Below are positions 12,070 to 21,690 of a DNA stretch of 64,000 bases, in pieces. This stretch comes from Candidatus Aceula meridiana (GTDB taxonomy: Bacteria > Omnitrophota > Gorgyraeia > Zapsychrales > Aceulaceae). The stretch spans positions 187,538 to 251,537 of the forward strand of contig JAVCDE010000024.1 in the NCBI GenBank assembly GCA_030765185.1, given 5' to 3'. Both the position numbers and the translations under genes were made by a program. How positions within the stretch are numbered: position 1 is the stretch's first letter; every line of letters starts with the position of its first letter. The notes under the pieces were generated by a model. That model saw nothing but the letters and a program-made list of their open reading frames with translations. It was not told the origin of the DNA and searched no databases.

Positions 12070-13311
12070 TTAACGTTTAATAACGCGATGTTGTTCAACA
12101 AGGTTAATCAAAGCGCGTGTTAACTTTTCCGCGTCATGACGAACATAATCACTAACGCCTAACAAATCTTCCGCAACAGCTTTGCACCCCATGGCCTTAA
12201 TCTTTCCAGCATCTGGATTAACCGGATACGAATTCTCGCCCTGATACTTTTTCAAAAATTCTGCTGGCGCAATCGCGGAATTGATCAAACAGGCGTCAAC
12301 AACTTTATTGCTGGCGTGACTATGCAATGCCTCTAAATGTTCTGAAGCGCTATAGCCCTCGGTCTCGCCTTCCTGGGTCATAACATTGCAAATATAAATT
12401 TTAAATGCCGAGGAATTTTCAAGGGCTTCAGTCATTCCATTAATGATCAAATTTGGAATAATACTCGTATACAAACTTCCTGGCCCTAAAATAACAACAT
12501 CCGCACTCGCAATAGCATCTAAGGCATCTTGTGTCGGCTTGGCATCTTCAGGCTTCAAATAAAGATGTTTAATTCGACTGTTTGCTTTCGGAATCTTTGC
12601 CTCGCCCTCGGTTTGTGAACCATCCTCATACTCAGCAACAAGGTTAACGTTACTTACCGTTGAAGGGACAACTTTTCCACGGATAGCCAAAACTTTACTA
12701 GACTCCTTCACAGCTTTTTCAAAATCACCACCGGTTAACTGCACCATAGCTGTTAAAAAAAGATTTCCAAAATTATGCCCTTGAAGCTGCGAGCCTTTTG
12801 GAAAGCGAAACTGAAACAAATCGCCCATCAATGCCGGCGCATCGGCTAACGCCACAAGGCAATTACGAATATCTCCGGGGGCCACAATGTTAAATTCTTC
12901 ACGCAAACGGCCGGATGACCCACCACTGTCAGCGACGGTAACAACAGCTGTCAAGTTAGCTGTATATTCTTTTAAGCCAAGAAGCAAATTCGAAAGCCCA
13001 TGGCCACCACCAATGGCTACAATCTTCGGCCCTCGTTCGAGATACCTTCGCTGGTAAAGAATATTAACCAGATCCCTTTCTCTCTCAGGCAAAAAAACCG
13101 TTATCAAGGAAACAATGATCTTTCCAATTCCTAAAACAACAAATACAACCCCACATACAATAATGACAAAACCAAAAAAACTAACCATCTTATAGGCATC
13201 AGCTGCAAAAATAGCACCCAAGGCTACAATAAAAATTCCGAGTAAAGTCATCAGCAGCCATCGCTTAACGCGCATCCCCGGATAAAACCATTTAACAATA
13301 TTATTAATCAT
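12070..13311 (-). CDS. yvcK: YvcK/GlmR (UPF0052) family protein with N-terminal membrane extension
   Basis: IGGGHGL, VADSGGSSGRLR, PGDIRN, GPGSLYTS, RHD motifs; two hydrophobic N-terminal helices. Confidence 0.88.
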   Translation of the reverse strand: MINNIVKWFYPGMRVKRWLLMTLLGIFIVALGAIFAADAYKMVSFFGFVIIVCGVVFVVLGIGKIIVSLITVFLPERERDLVNILYQRRYLERGPKIVAIGGGHGLSNLLLGLKEYTANLTAVVTVADSGGSSGRLREEFNIVAPGDIRNCLVALADAPALMGDLFQFRFPKGSQLQGHNFGNLFLTAMVQLTGGDFEKAVKESSKVLAIRGKVVPSTVSNVNLVAEYEDGSQTEGEAKIPKANSRIKHLYLKPEDAKPTQDALDAIASADVVILGPGSLYTSIIPNLIINGMTEALENSSAFKIYICNVMTQEGETEGYSASEHLEALHSHASNKVVDACLINSAIAPAEFLKKYQGENSYPVNPDAGKIKAMGCKAVAEDLLGVSDYVRHDAEKLTRALINLVEQHRVIKR

Positions 13312-13399
13312 GGCAATATATTACGTTCGATAGAAATTTGACTAATCCGAAAGACACCTTAATCATCTTATCGGTGTTGGCCCTGAACTAACTTGGACA

Positions 13400-13870
13400 T
13401 TAGCCGATACGTTCATCCTCGAGGGCGATGAGCTTTAGGACAGCTTTAACATTTTCAGCTGACTTAAGGTTGTCTCTAAAAAATTTATCTTTGAGAAGAC
13501 GCGAAATTCTAGCCAACGCTTTTAAATGCGGCCCGGCAGAATCAATAGGCGCGATAAGAAGAAAGAAAATATGGGCAGGTTCCCCATCTAAAGAATCAAA
13601 ATTAACGCCATTTTTGCTGATGCCTAAACTGGCTGTTAATTTTTCCATCCCGTCAAACTTGGCATGCGGGATAGCAACGCCCTGACCAATTGCAGTAGAG
13701 CCCAGCTCCTCCCTCGCCATAATAATATCAAAAACCTTTGCTCTGTTCTTTTTGTCGACAACATTCGAATCAATTAAAAGGTCAATCATTTCGCGAACAA
13801 CATCTTTTTTAGTCGACGCTTTTAGGTCAACCGAGATCGCCTTCTTGCAAAGAAAATCACCTAGTCTCAT
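13400..13870 (-). CDS. PTS EIIA (Ntr/Fru type), stand-alone
   Basis: REELGSTAIGQGVAIPHA, HLKALARISR. True start is ATG 13870 after GGAGG; the ORF-track extension runs into tRNA-Gly. Confidence 0.9.
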   Translation of the reverse strand: MRLGDFLCKKAISVDLKASTKKDVVREMIDLLIDSNVVDKKNRAKVFDIIMAREELGSTAIGQGVAIPHAKFDGMEKLTASLGISKNGVNFDSLDGEPAHIFFLLIAPIDSAGPHLKALARISRLLKDKFFRDNLKSAENVKAVLKLIALEDERIG

Positions 13871-13916
13871 TATTCCTCCTTGAAAAACGTGGATATTTTT
13901 TAAAAAAAATAAAAAG

Positions 13917-13988
13917 AGCGGCGAATGGGGCTCGAACCCATGACATCTACCTTGGCAAGGTAGCATTCTACCACTGAATTACCGCCGC
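13917..13988 (-). tRNA. tRNA-Gly(GCC)
   Basis: GCGGCGGTAATTCAGTGGTAGAATG-CTACC-TTGCCAA-GGTAG...GGTTCGAGCCC-ATTCGCCGCT cloverleaf; CCA not encoded. Confidence 0.95.
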
Positions 13989-14015
13989 AAATCTTTTGTT
14001 CCATTGATTTCAAAG

Positions 14016-14096
14016 TGGGCGGAAGAGGACTTGAACCTCCATGAGTTTCCCCACTAGTTCCTAAGACTAGCGCGTCTACCATTCCGCCATCCGCCC
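14016..14096 (-). tRNA. tRNA-Leu(TAG)
   Basis: GGGCGGATGGCGGAATGGTAGACGCG-CTAGT-CTTAGGA-ACTAG, long variable arm, GGTTCAAGTCC. Confidence 0.95.
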
Positions 14097-14138
14097 GTAA
14101 AAAGTTTATCATCGCCGATAAAGCTGACGGAATAAAAT

Positions 14139-14214
14139 TGGTGACCCACCCGCGACTTGAACGCGGCACACCAGCCTTAAAAGGGCTGTGCTCTACCGGA
14201 TGAGCTAGTGGGTC
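14139..14214 (-). tRNA. tRNA-Lys(TTT)
   Basis: GACCCACTAGCTCA...CAGCC-CTTTTAA-GGCTG...GTTCAAGT...GTGGGTCACCA, 76 nt with encoded CCA. Confidence 0.95.
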
Positions 14215-14351
14215 AAAAATATCAACCCTAATTTTTCATTTGGATATTTTTTCATTTTAAATCATAAAATAAAAATATACAAATAGAAAACGCCTTATGG
14301 CGAGGGTAACCCCGCAAATCTTTAAAAATTAAAACACTGCGGCCCTATGGG

Positions 14352-14375
14352 CGGATTTTGCATTAGCAAAATCCG
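14352..14375 (-). terminator. Perfect hairpin just after frr (terminator or stability hairpin)
   Basis: CGGATTTTGC-ATTA-GCAAAATCCG 10-bp stem; no clear U-tract. Confidence 0.45.
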
Positions 14376-14385
14376 GGTCAAATAA

Positions 14386-14952
14386 CTATTTGCCGAAGTC
14401 TTCAAGCTCTTTATCTTTAGCTTCTAAAATGCCTTCAACTTCTTTAATGTATTTATCTGTCAATTTCTGAACCTGATCATGTGCTAAAAACCCATCATCT
14501 TCAGAAATGGTCTTATCCTGTTCAAACTTTTTAATTTTATCATTAGCTTCTCGGCGGATAGAACGAACTGAAACACGCCCCTTCTCTGCCATGTCTTTAA
14601 CAACCCTGACAAGTTCATCACGACGCTCTCTCGACAATGAAGGAATGTTTAAACGAATCATTTTTCCATCATTAGACGGCATAATGCCCAACTTTGAATT
14701 TGTAATAGCTTTTTCAATCGGTTCAATAGCACCAGGATCCCATGGCTGAATCAAAACAGTCTTGGCATCTGGAACGGTAATGGAAGCAACCTGCTTAATC
14801 ATCGTGGGCGTACCATAGTAATCAGCATGAAGCCCTTCGATTAACCCTGGATGAGCCCGGCCAGTTCTTACCTCGGCAAACTCTCGAGAAACGGACTGAA
14901 TAGTTTTTTTCATCTTATCTTCTATTTGATGGATAAATTCTTTAATTGCCAT
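14386..14952 (-). CDS. frr: Ribosome recycling factor
   Basis: RTGRA, YYGTPT, IQPWD, RSIRR; position in the rpsB-tsf-pyrH-frr cluster. Confidence 0.97.
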   Translation of the reverse strand: MAIKEFIHQIEDKMKKTIQSVSREFAEVRTGRAHPGLIEGLHADYYGTPTMIKQVASITVPDAKTVLIQPWDPGAIEPIEKAITNSKLGIMPSNDGKMIRLNIPSLSRERRDELVRVVKDMAEKGRVSVRSIRREANDKIKKFEQDKTISEDDGFLAHDQVQKLTDKYIKEVEGILEAKDKELEDFGK

Positions 14953-14968
14953 ATCCTCACCCTCCGTT

Positions 14969-15697
14969 TTAGTTGACGGTTGTTCCTATTTTCTCACCGA
15001 AAACAGCTCGCTTAATATTTCCTTTTTTTGTCAAATTAAAAACAACAATAGGTAAATTATTATCCATACACATACTAATCGCTGTCGCATCCATAACTCT
15101 TAAATTTTTCTTTAATGCATCAATAAATTTAATATTTTTAAATTTTTTGGCATTTTTATCTTTCATCGGATCAGCGGAATACACACCGTCAACTTTCGTT
15201 GCTTTTAAAATAACCTCAGCCCCAATTTCTTTAGCTCTAAGCGCCGCCGCTGTATCGGTTGTAAAATATGGATTCCCAGTTCCAGCAACAAAAATAACAA
15301 TACGATTTTTCTCTAAATGGCGCATCGCGCGTCTTCGAAGATACGGCTCTGCAACAGCATGAATATCTAAAGCAGTCATAACCCTTGCCGAAACGCCAAT
15401 TTGCTCTAAAGCATTCTGTAAGGCAAGGCCATTTAATACCGTAGCCAACATGCCCATATAATCAGCAACAGACCGATCAAGCCCAAACTTCTTTGATTCA
15501 AGTTGTCCACGGAAAATATTACCACCGCCAACAACAAGCGCAATTTTTACATTCGCTTTCCAAATTTCCTTAACCTGTATGGCCAAAGAAGCACATACCT
15601 CAGCATCGATTCCATGACCTTGCTTTCCCTGCATGGCCTCACCGCTAAGCTTCAAAAGAATGCGCTTGTAGATGGGTTTTTTACTTAACTTCGCCAA
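14969..15697 (-). CDS. pyrH: Uridylate kinase
   Basis: [35 protein letters not shown]. Probable TTG start at 15697, overlapping the end of tsf. Confidence 0.93.
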   Translation of the reverse strand: MAKLSKKPIYKRILLKLSGEAMQGKQGHGIDAEVCASLAIQVKEIWKANVKIALVVGGGNIFRGQLESKKFGLDRSVADYMGMLATVLNGLALQNALEQIGVSARVMTALDIHAVAEPYLRRRAMRHLEKNRIVIFVAGTGNPYFTTDTAAALRAKEIGAEVILKATKVDGVYSADPMKDKNAKKFKNIKFIDALKKNLRVMDATAISMCMDNNLPIVVFNLTKKGNIKRAVFGEKIGTTVN

Positions 15698-16214
15698 CTT
15701 TAAACCTTTCGAAACGGCTGATGAGCATATTTTCGCCAATTTTAGCAACGAGCGTATTAAGATAATCCTGGATAGTCATTTTCGGATCTTTAACAAAAGG
15801 CTGCTCCATAAGACAAGATTCTTTAACAAAAGCGTCTGGATCTTTTTGCTCTTTAAGAACATCTTCGGGGATGTCTTCTTTTCGAATATAGGTCGGATTC
15901 ATTGCCGCAATGTGCATCGCAACATCTTTAGTAAACTTACAGAAATCTTCATTCTTGGCCACAAAATCTGTTTCGCAATTAGCTTCTAGCATAACGCCAA
16001 TTTTTGCACCTAGATGAATATAAGCTTCAACGCGGCCTTCATTAGTGCTGCGGCTTCCTTTTTTTACGGCTAACTCAAGCCCTCTTTTTCTGAGAAATTC
16101 CTTGGCTTTTTGCAAATCGCCTCCGACATGCTCTAAGGCCTTTTTACATTCCATAACTCCGCAAGAAGTCATTTCTCTTAATTCTTTAATAATATCTGCT
16201 GTTATTGTCATCAA
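15681..16214 (-). CDS. tsf: Elongation factor Ts (short form)
   Basis: [27 protein letters not shown]; 177 aa. Confidence 0.95.
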   Translation of the reverse strand: MMTITADIIKELREMTSCGVMECKKALEHVGGDLQKAKEFLRKRGLELAVKKGSRSTNEGRVEAYIHLGAKIGVMLEANCETDFVAKNEDFCKFTKDVAMHIAAMNPTYIRKEDIPEDVLKEQKDPDAFVKESCLMEQPFVKDPKMTIQDYLNTLVAKIGENMLISRFERFKVGEVK

Positions 16215-16265
16215 AAAAATCCTTTCTTATGCCAATCTTATATCTTTGATAAGAGTAGCTTGTTC

Positions 16266-17045
16266 TTAAGAAGTGGCTGGTGCTTCTTTGCTCGATTTTT
16301 CTTCTGAGGCCTTTGGCTTATCGGAAGCTTGAGCTTTCTTCTCCATCGAGACGCTCGTCATATATCCTTTACGGCCTTCAATAATACTATCTGTAATAAG
16401 GGTCATAATCGTGCGGATAGATTTCAAGGCATCGTCATTACCTGGAATCGGATAAGCAACAGCATCAGGGTTACAATTTGTATCCAGAATAGCGACTACA
16501 GGGATGCCTAATTTATTCGCTTCGCGGACAGCAATTTCTTCCTTTTTGGTGTCAACAACAAATACCGCTTGAGGCAAAGTTTTCATCTCGCGAATACCGT
16601 CAAGATCTCTGGCTAATTTATTCTTTTCTTTAGTGATGCTGGCAATCTCTTTCTTTGTTAATTTTTCGGCAACACCGTTTTCTAAAATATTCTCGAATCG
16701 AAAAAGCTTGTCCAAAGACTTCTTAGAAGTCTCAAAATTTGTCAAAAGTCCACCGGGCCAGCGATAATTCATATAGAACATGTCCGAACGTTTGGCCTCT
16801 TGGCAGATAATGTCTTGCGCCTGCCGTTTTGTTCCCACAAAAAGAACGCGGCCGCCTTTAGCTGTGACCTCTTGAAGAAAATCACATGCCTCATGCAGAC
16901 ATTCTACAGTTTTTTCCAAATCAATAATATAAATTTTGCTTCGGGCCCCGAAAATGAAAGGCTTCATTTTAGGGTTCCATCGCTTAGTTTGATGGCCAAA
17001 GTGGACACCGGCTTCTAGTAAACTTTTGATTAATTCATTTGCCAT
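16266..17045 (-). CDS. rpsB: 30S ribosomal protein S2
   Basis: LLEAGVHFGHQTKRWNPKM, IPGNDDA. Confidence 0.98.
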   Translation of the reverse strand: MANELIKSLLEAGVHFGHQTKRWNPKMKPFIFGARSKIYIIDLEKTVECLHEACDFLQEVTAKGGRVLFVGTKRQAQDIICQEAKRSDMFYMNYRWPGGLLTNFETSKKSLDKLFRFENILENGVAEKLTKKEIASITKEKNKLARDLDGIREMKTLPQAVFVVDTKKEEIAVREANKLGIPVVAILDTNCNPDAVAYPIPGNDDALKSIRTIMTLITDSIIEGRKGYMTSVSMEKKAQASDKPKASEEKSSKEAPATS

Positions 17046-17120
17046 ACGCTTCTTTAAACTCCTTTTTTCTTAGTTATTTAATATTATATATGTTTATATA
17101 CTTAATTTTTTAATTTACCT

Positions 17121-17149
17121 AGTATACAAAAGAATTAATTTTTATGCAA
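17121..17149 (-). promoter_or_regulatory. Sigma70 promoter of the rpsB operon
   Basis: TTGCAT-17 nt-TATACT. Confidence 0.6.
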
Positions 17150-17200
17150 TAGTTTATTTTTTATTCATTTTTTAATAAAAACGGGCATTTTTGGAAGGTT

Positions 17201-18994
17201 TTACATCTGGAACTGGGTCTCATAAAGCTTTTTATACAGCGGGCAGTCTTTAAGAAGTTCAGCATGCGGCCCTAAACCTACCATGCCTTCGTTTTGAAGA
17301 ACTGCAATTTTAGTAGCTTTCTTGATCGTAGAAAGTCTGTGAGCGATGCAGACAACAGTGCGTCCCTTCATCAGTTCATCCAGTGCCTCTTGAACATATT
17401 TCTCAGATTCTGAATCTAATTGCGAAGTCGCCTCATCTAAAATAAGAATTGGCGGATTTTTTAAAATTGCCCTAGCAATGGCAATGCGTTGCTTTTCGCC
17501 ACCGGAAAGACGAAAACCACGGTCACCAATAACAGTCTCGTAACCTTCTGGCATGTCTAAAATAAAATCATGAGCAAAGGCCTTTTTAGCAGCTTCCTCC
17601 ACTTGATCCTGAGATGCCTCGAGATGTCCATAAGTGATATTTGCCTTAACCGTATCATTAAACAGAATCGTCTCCTGCGTTACAATGCCAATCTGATTGC
17701 GTAAAGATTTAAAAGTAACATCTCTTAAATCAATCCCATCAGCAAGAATCACTCCTTCGATGGGATCATAAAAACGCGGAATCAAGTTAACTAAGGTAGA
17801 TTTCCCAACGCCAGTAGGCCCTACAATCGCAACAATTTCCCCAACATTAATTTCTAGGTTAATTCCCTTAAAAATAAGATTATCCTCATCGCTGTAGCGG
17901 AATGCTGCGTCTTTAATGCTAATGCCTTTTTGAATACTCCCAAGCACATGGGCATTCTCTTTTTCGGCAACAGTTGGTTTCGCATTTAAAACATCATGAA
18001 TGCGCTCGTTAGCAGCTAAGGCCTGCTGGACAATCGCGTTAACATTGCTAAGTTTTTTTATTGGGCTGAGCATCGACATAAGGGCTCCGAAAAACAAGCC
18101 AAACACACCAAAAGAAACCTGACCACTGATGACCTGGCGACCAATCCACAACATTACACCGGCCCCAGCTGTTGCTCCAACAAGCTCTGTAATCGGGCTG
18201 ATTGCGAGTGTGCGCTTGACAGATTTCATCTTTAATTTATAAAAATCATGATTCTGCCCCTTAAAGCGTTTTGTCTCATAGTCTTCCATTCCAAAGGCCT
18301 TAACAACCCGAACTCCGGAAATTGTTTCTAAAAGAAGAGAGTTAATATCTGCCATTTTCCCTTGAGACTTAAATGAAAGCTTTTTAAGCCTACGCCCAAT
18401 TTGCCGCATGGGGACAGCAATGAAGAATCCTAAAGCAATCGCAGCTAAAAAAACCTTTGGATAAATCGAAAGAATAATTGTTGTAAAAATAAGAAGACGG
18501 AAAGATTGATAAAAAAGGTCGATAATTCCGTAAGAAACTGCATTCTCGACGATAGAAACATCATTAGTAATACGAGAAATAAGCTCCCCTGTTCGTTTCT
18601 TGCTAAAATAATCTAAAGAAAGATTTTGAATTGTCTGATAAAGCTTCAGACGCATATCCCTCATAACGCGCTGCGAGACCTCATTCATCAAATAGCCTTG
18701 CGCAAAAAGAAAGAATCCCTTCAAGATAAAAAGCCCTAAAAGACTAAAAGCAAAGATAGTCAGCAATTGCTCTGAAGGAGTCGCATTGATCTTAGCTATA
18801 ATATCATTAATAAATTGCGGGGCCTGCCCAGGGAACGTAATTTCCCCTTTTCCTAAAATCTTATCCGTTACCGGAACGATAAGGGAAAGCTGAAGCCCAT
18901 CAAAAATAGCCGAAAAGAACATGCATCCAGCGGCCAAAACCAAAATACGGACATGCCCTTTAAGAAACTTGAGTAATTTTATATAATTTGACAT
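17201..18994 (-). CDS. msbA: MsbA-like lipid A flippase (ABC half transporter)
   Basis: TMD plus NBD with GPTGVGKST, LSGGEKQR, ILDEATS; divergent from the lpxB operon. Confidence 0.8.
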   Translation of the reverse strand: MSNYIKLLKFLKGHVRILVLAAGCMFFSAIFDGLQLSLIVPVTDKILGKGEITFPGQAPQFINDIIAKINATPSEQLLTIFAFSLLGLFILKGFFLFAQGYLMNEVSQRVMRDMRLKLYQTIQNLSLDYFSKKRTGELISRITNDVSIVENAVSYGIIDLFYQSFRLLIFTTIILSIYPKVFLAAIALGFFIAVPMRQIGRRLKKLSFKSQGKMADINSLLLETISGVRVVKAFGMEDYETKRFKGQNHDFYKLKMKSVKRTLAISPITELVGATAGAGVMLWIGRQVISGQVSFGVFGLFFGALMSMLSPIKKLSNVNAIVQQALAANERIHDVLNAKPTVAEKENAHVLGSIQKGISIKDAAFRYSDEDNLIFKGINLEINVGEIVAIVGPTGVGKSTLVNLIPRFYDPIEGVILADGIDLRDVTFKSLRNQIGIVTQETILFNDTVKANITYGHLEASQDQVEEAAKKAFAHDFILDMPEGYETVIGDRGFRLSGGEKQRIAIARAILKNPPILILDEATSQLDSESEKYVQEALDELMKGRTVVCIAHRLSTIKKATKIAVLQNEGMVGLGPHAELLKDCPLYKKLYETQFQM

Positions 18995-19035
18995 TTTCCT
19001 ATTATTAATAAATTTAAAATTTTATAATGGGGTAA

Positions 19036-19079
19036 ATCGTAGCATACCGATTGACTTTTGTCGAGTGATTTGTTATAGT
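19036..19079. promoter_or_regulatory. Overlapping divergent sigma70 promoters (msbA / gnnA-like-lpxB)
   Basis: + strand TTGACT(19051)-17-TATAGT(19074). - strand TCGACA(19064)-17-TACGAT with extended -10 TG. Confidence 0.6.
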
Positions 19080-19114
19080 GCTCACTATACTTTTTAACAT
19101 TATATTAATATTCT

Positions 19115-20047
19115 ATGAAAAATAAACTCAAAGTTGCTGTTGTTGGAATTGGACACCTTGGTGCCCGACATCTTAAGATCTATAGCGAACTGGCAGGCCA
19201 AGTAGAATTAGTCGGTGTCTGCGATATTAAGCACAGACGCACCCAGAAACTTGCCGAGCATTACAAAATTCCTTTTTTTAAAAAACATACAGACCTTATT
19301 GGTAAGGTTAACGCTGTTAACGTCTGCACCCCCACGTCCGCGCATTATGATGTCGCTAAAGATTTTCTTGAAGCCGGCATCCATGTTCTTGTCGAAAAAC
19401 CTATTACAACGACTATTGAACAAGCAGATAACCTAATTGCTTTGGCGGAAAAAAACAAATGCACCTTACAGGTTGGGCATGTTGAAAGATTTAATTCCGC
19501 TTTTGAAGGCATCAAACATTTTGCTAAAAACCCACGGTTTATTGAGTGTCACAGGCTTAACCGTTTTCCTAATCGCTCCTTAGACGTCGGTGTTGTCATG
19601 GACTTGATGATTCATGATATTGATATTATTTTAGGGCTAACGTCTTCTAAGGTAGAACGTGCTGAAGCCGTTGGCGTAAAAGTCTTGACTAAATTAGAAG
19701 ATATCGCTAATGCCCGCGTTACTTTTGAAAATGGTTGCGTCTGCAACTTAACAGCTAGCCGTGTTTCTGACGAGGTAATGCGCAAAATTCGTATTTTTCT
19801 TCCAAACGCCTATATTTCTCTAGATTATGTTAAGCAGGAAGCCTTTATTTATAAGAAATTTGGAAAACTTATCACCAAGCATGCTCTTCCAATTGAAAAA
19901 GAAGAACCTCTAAAAAAAGAACTTGTCTCCTTCATCAATTGCATTCAAAAAAAGAAAAAACCAATCGTCTCCGGTGTTGAAGCCCGCGATGCTCTAAAGC
20001 TTGCTTTGCAAATTACCAAAGACCTATGGGACAGAACAATCATCTAA
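19115..20047 (+). CDS. Gfo/Idh/MocA oxidoreductase, GnnA-like (UDP-GlcNAc 3-dehydrogenase)
   Basis: GIGHLG, VEKP, VGHVERFN, DLMIHDID; overlaps the start of lpxB. Confidence 0.75.
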   Translation: MKNKLKVAVVGIGHLGARHLKIYSELAGQVELVGVCDIKHRRTQKLAEHYKIPFFKKHTDLIGKVNAVNVCTPTSAHYDVAKDFLEAGIHVLVEKPITTTIEQADNLIALAEKNKCTLQVGHVERFNSAFEGIKHFAKNPRFIECHRLNRFPNRSLDVGVVMDLMIHDIDIILGLTSSKVERAEAVGVKVLTKLEDIANARVTFENGCVCNLTASRVSDEVMRKIRIFLPNAYISLDYVKQEAFIYKKFGKLITKHALPIEKEEPLKKELVSFINCIQKKKKPIVSGVEARDALKLALQITKDLWDRTII

Positions 20048-21162
20048 TCATTGTTGCCGGCGAAGCATCCGGCGATACACACGCAGCTCATCTCGTTGAA
20101 GCTATCAAAACTATCAATCCAAAAATAACTTTTTCCGGGTTAGGTGGTCCCAAGATGCATGACGCTGGAGTTGAACTTTATGAAGATTTAACAAAGTTCG
20201 CTGTTGTGGGATTTATTGAAGTTTTACGCCATCTAGGAACATTTCGCAAAAACTTCAGCCTCATTCTCAAAAAAGTCAAAGAAACAAATGCCGAGGCTGT
20301 CATTTTAGTAGACTATCCGGGATTTAACCTACGGCTAGCCAAAGAATTAAAAAAACTTAACGTCAAGGTCATCTATTACATCAGTCCTCAAGTTTGGGCA
20401 TGGAAGGAAAGCCGCGTCAAGCTTATCCGTGAAGTTGTTGATAAAATGATTGTTCTCTTTCCTTTTGAAAAGGACTTTTATCACAAGCACGGCCTCGAAG
20501 TTTCTTATGTCGGACACCCACTTGTAAACGCTGTTTATGCAAAAACACCTAAAGAAAATATTCTTGAAAAGCTTAGGCTCTCAGCCGTAAAAACAACTGT
20601 AGGGCTCTTGCCGGGATCACGCATTAAAGAAATTAAAAGCCTTCTACCTGTAATGATAAAAAGCGCCGAACTTCTCTACCAAGAAAACCCTAAGCTTCAA
20701 TTTATCGTTGTCAGGGCTCCTGGAATTAACCTTTCCATTTTTGAAAAATATCTTCCTGAAAAACTACCCATAAAAATATTTGATGAAAATTTTTATGATG
20801 GAATTAACGCAACAGATGTCTGCATGGTCGCCTCTGGTACGGCAACCCTAGAAACTGCTCTTCTTGAAAAACCCATGGTGGTTATCTACAAAACTTCGTT
20901 GATAACCTGGGCCATGGCCAAACTCCTTATTAAAATTCCTTATATCGGTTTGGTTAATGTTGTCGCAGGTGAAGAAATTGTACCAGAATGTATTCAGTTT
21001 GATGCAAGCCCAAAGAAAATCTCCAAAACTCTTAAAGAAATTCTTCCCCCTTCTTCCCGTCATGCGGCAATTGCCCAGGCTCTAGCTCAGGTAAAACACA
21101 GCCTCGGAGATCCAGGCGCGAATACACGCGCAGCACAAGAAATTATTAAATTTTTAAAGTAA
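20026..21162 (+). CDS. lpxB: Lipid-A-disaccharide synthase
   Basis: AGEASGD, VDYPGFN, SPQVWAW, VGHPL, LPGSR, ASGTATLE. Confidence 0.96.
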   Translation: MGQNNHLIIVAGEASGDTHAAHLVEAIKTINPKITFSGLGGPKMHDAGVELYEDLTKFAVVGFIEVLRHLGTFRKNFSLILKKVKETNAEAVILVDYPGFNLRLAKELKKLNVKVIYYISPQVWAWKESRVKLIREVVDKMIVLFPFEKDFYHKHGLEVSYVGHPLVNAVYAKTPKENILEKLRLSAVKTTVGLLPGSRIKEIKSLLPVMIKSAELLYQENPKLQFIVVRAPGINLSIFEKYLPEKLPIKIFDENFYDGINATDVCMVASGTATLETALLEKPMVVIYKTSLITWAMAKLLIKIPYIGLVNVVAGEEIVPECIQFDASPKKISKTLKEILPPSSRHAAIAQALAQVKHSLGDPGANTRAAQEIIKFLK

Positions 21163-21173
21163 TTAAAAAAGAA

Positions 21174-21581
21174 TTAAACGCGGGAACCCTCTAAGTCTTG
21201 CATATGCTTAAGGAGTATGTCTTTTTCGATAGGCTTGGTAATAAAATCATCCCAACCCATATTGTATTTTTCCATCAAAGAATCTTTATAGGCTGTGATC
21301 ATCATGACGATGGCCTCTTTGACCTTTTCTTTTCTTTTTTCTTCTTCGCCACGCAGAGCTTTTAAAACTTCAAAGCCATCCATCCTGGGCATGGTGACAT
21401 CAAGCAAGACAAAATCAAAAGGCTTTTTGCTTTTAATGGCTTTTTTAAAAACATCGAGGGCTTCTTGGCCGCTAGTGGCAAGTGTGCATTTGGCGACACC
21501 TTTAAGAGCTTCTAAAAGTTTCTGTTGGTTGGCAAGGTCATCTTCGGCAACAAGAATTTTCCACATAGAATTTGCTTTCAA
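21174..21581 (-). CDS. Single-domain response regulator (CheY-like)
   Basis: LVAEDD, LLDVTMPRMDG, ITA, TKP; start may be ATG 21566. Confidence 0.88.
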   Translation of the reverse strand: MKANSMWKILVAEDDLANQQKLLEALKGVAKCTLATSGQEALDVFKKAIKSKKPFDFVLLDVTMPRMDGFEVLKALRGEEEKRKEKVKEAIVMMITAYKDSLMEKYNMGWDDFITKPIEKDILLKHMQDLEGSRV

Positions 21582-21690
21582 TAAATTTCTCTGAAGGTTA
21601 CTTTATTATAACCCTGTTTCTTTGCTGCCTAAGAATTTTTTTCTTTATTTAATGCCCTATATAATGCTACTCAAAAAAATGGCCTCTCGC

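Noticed and set aside
13871-14169. 89-aa ORF and the N-terminal extension of the EIIA ORF
   Set aside because: Both overlap tRNA genes; the translations are tRNA artefacts.
13917-14214. tRNA cluster as an integration site
   Set aside because: I saw no integrase or duplicated tRNA 3' end, and the flanks are housekeeping genes.
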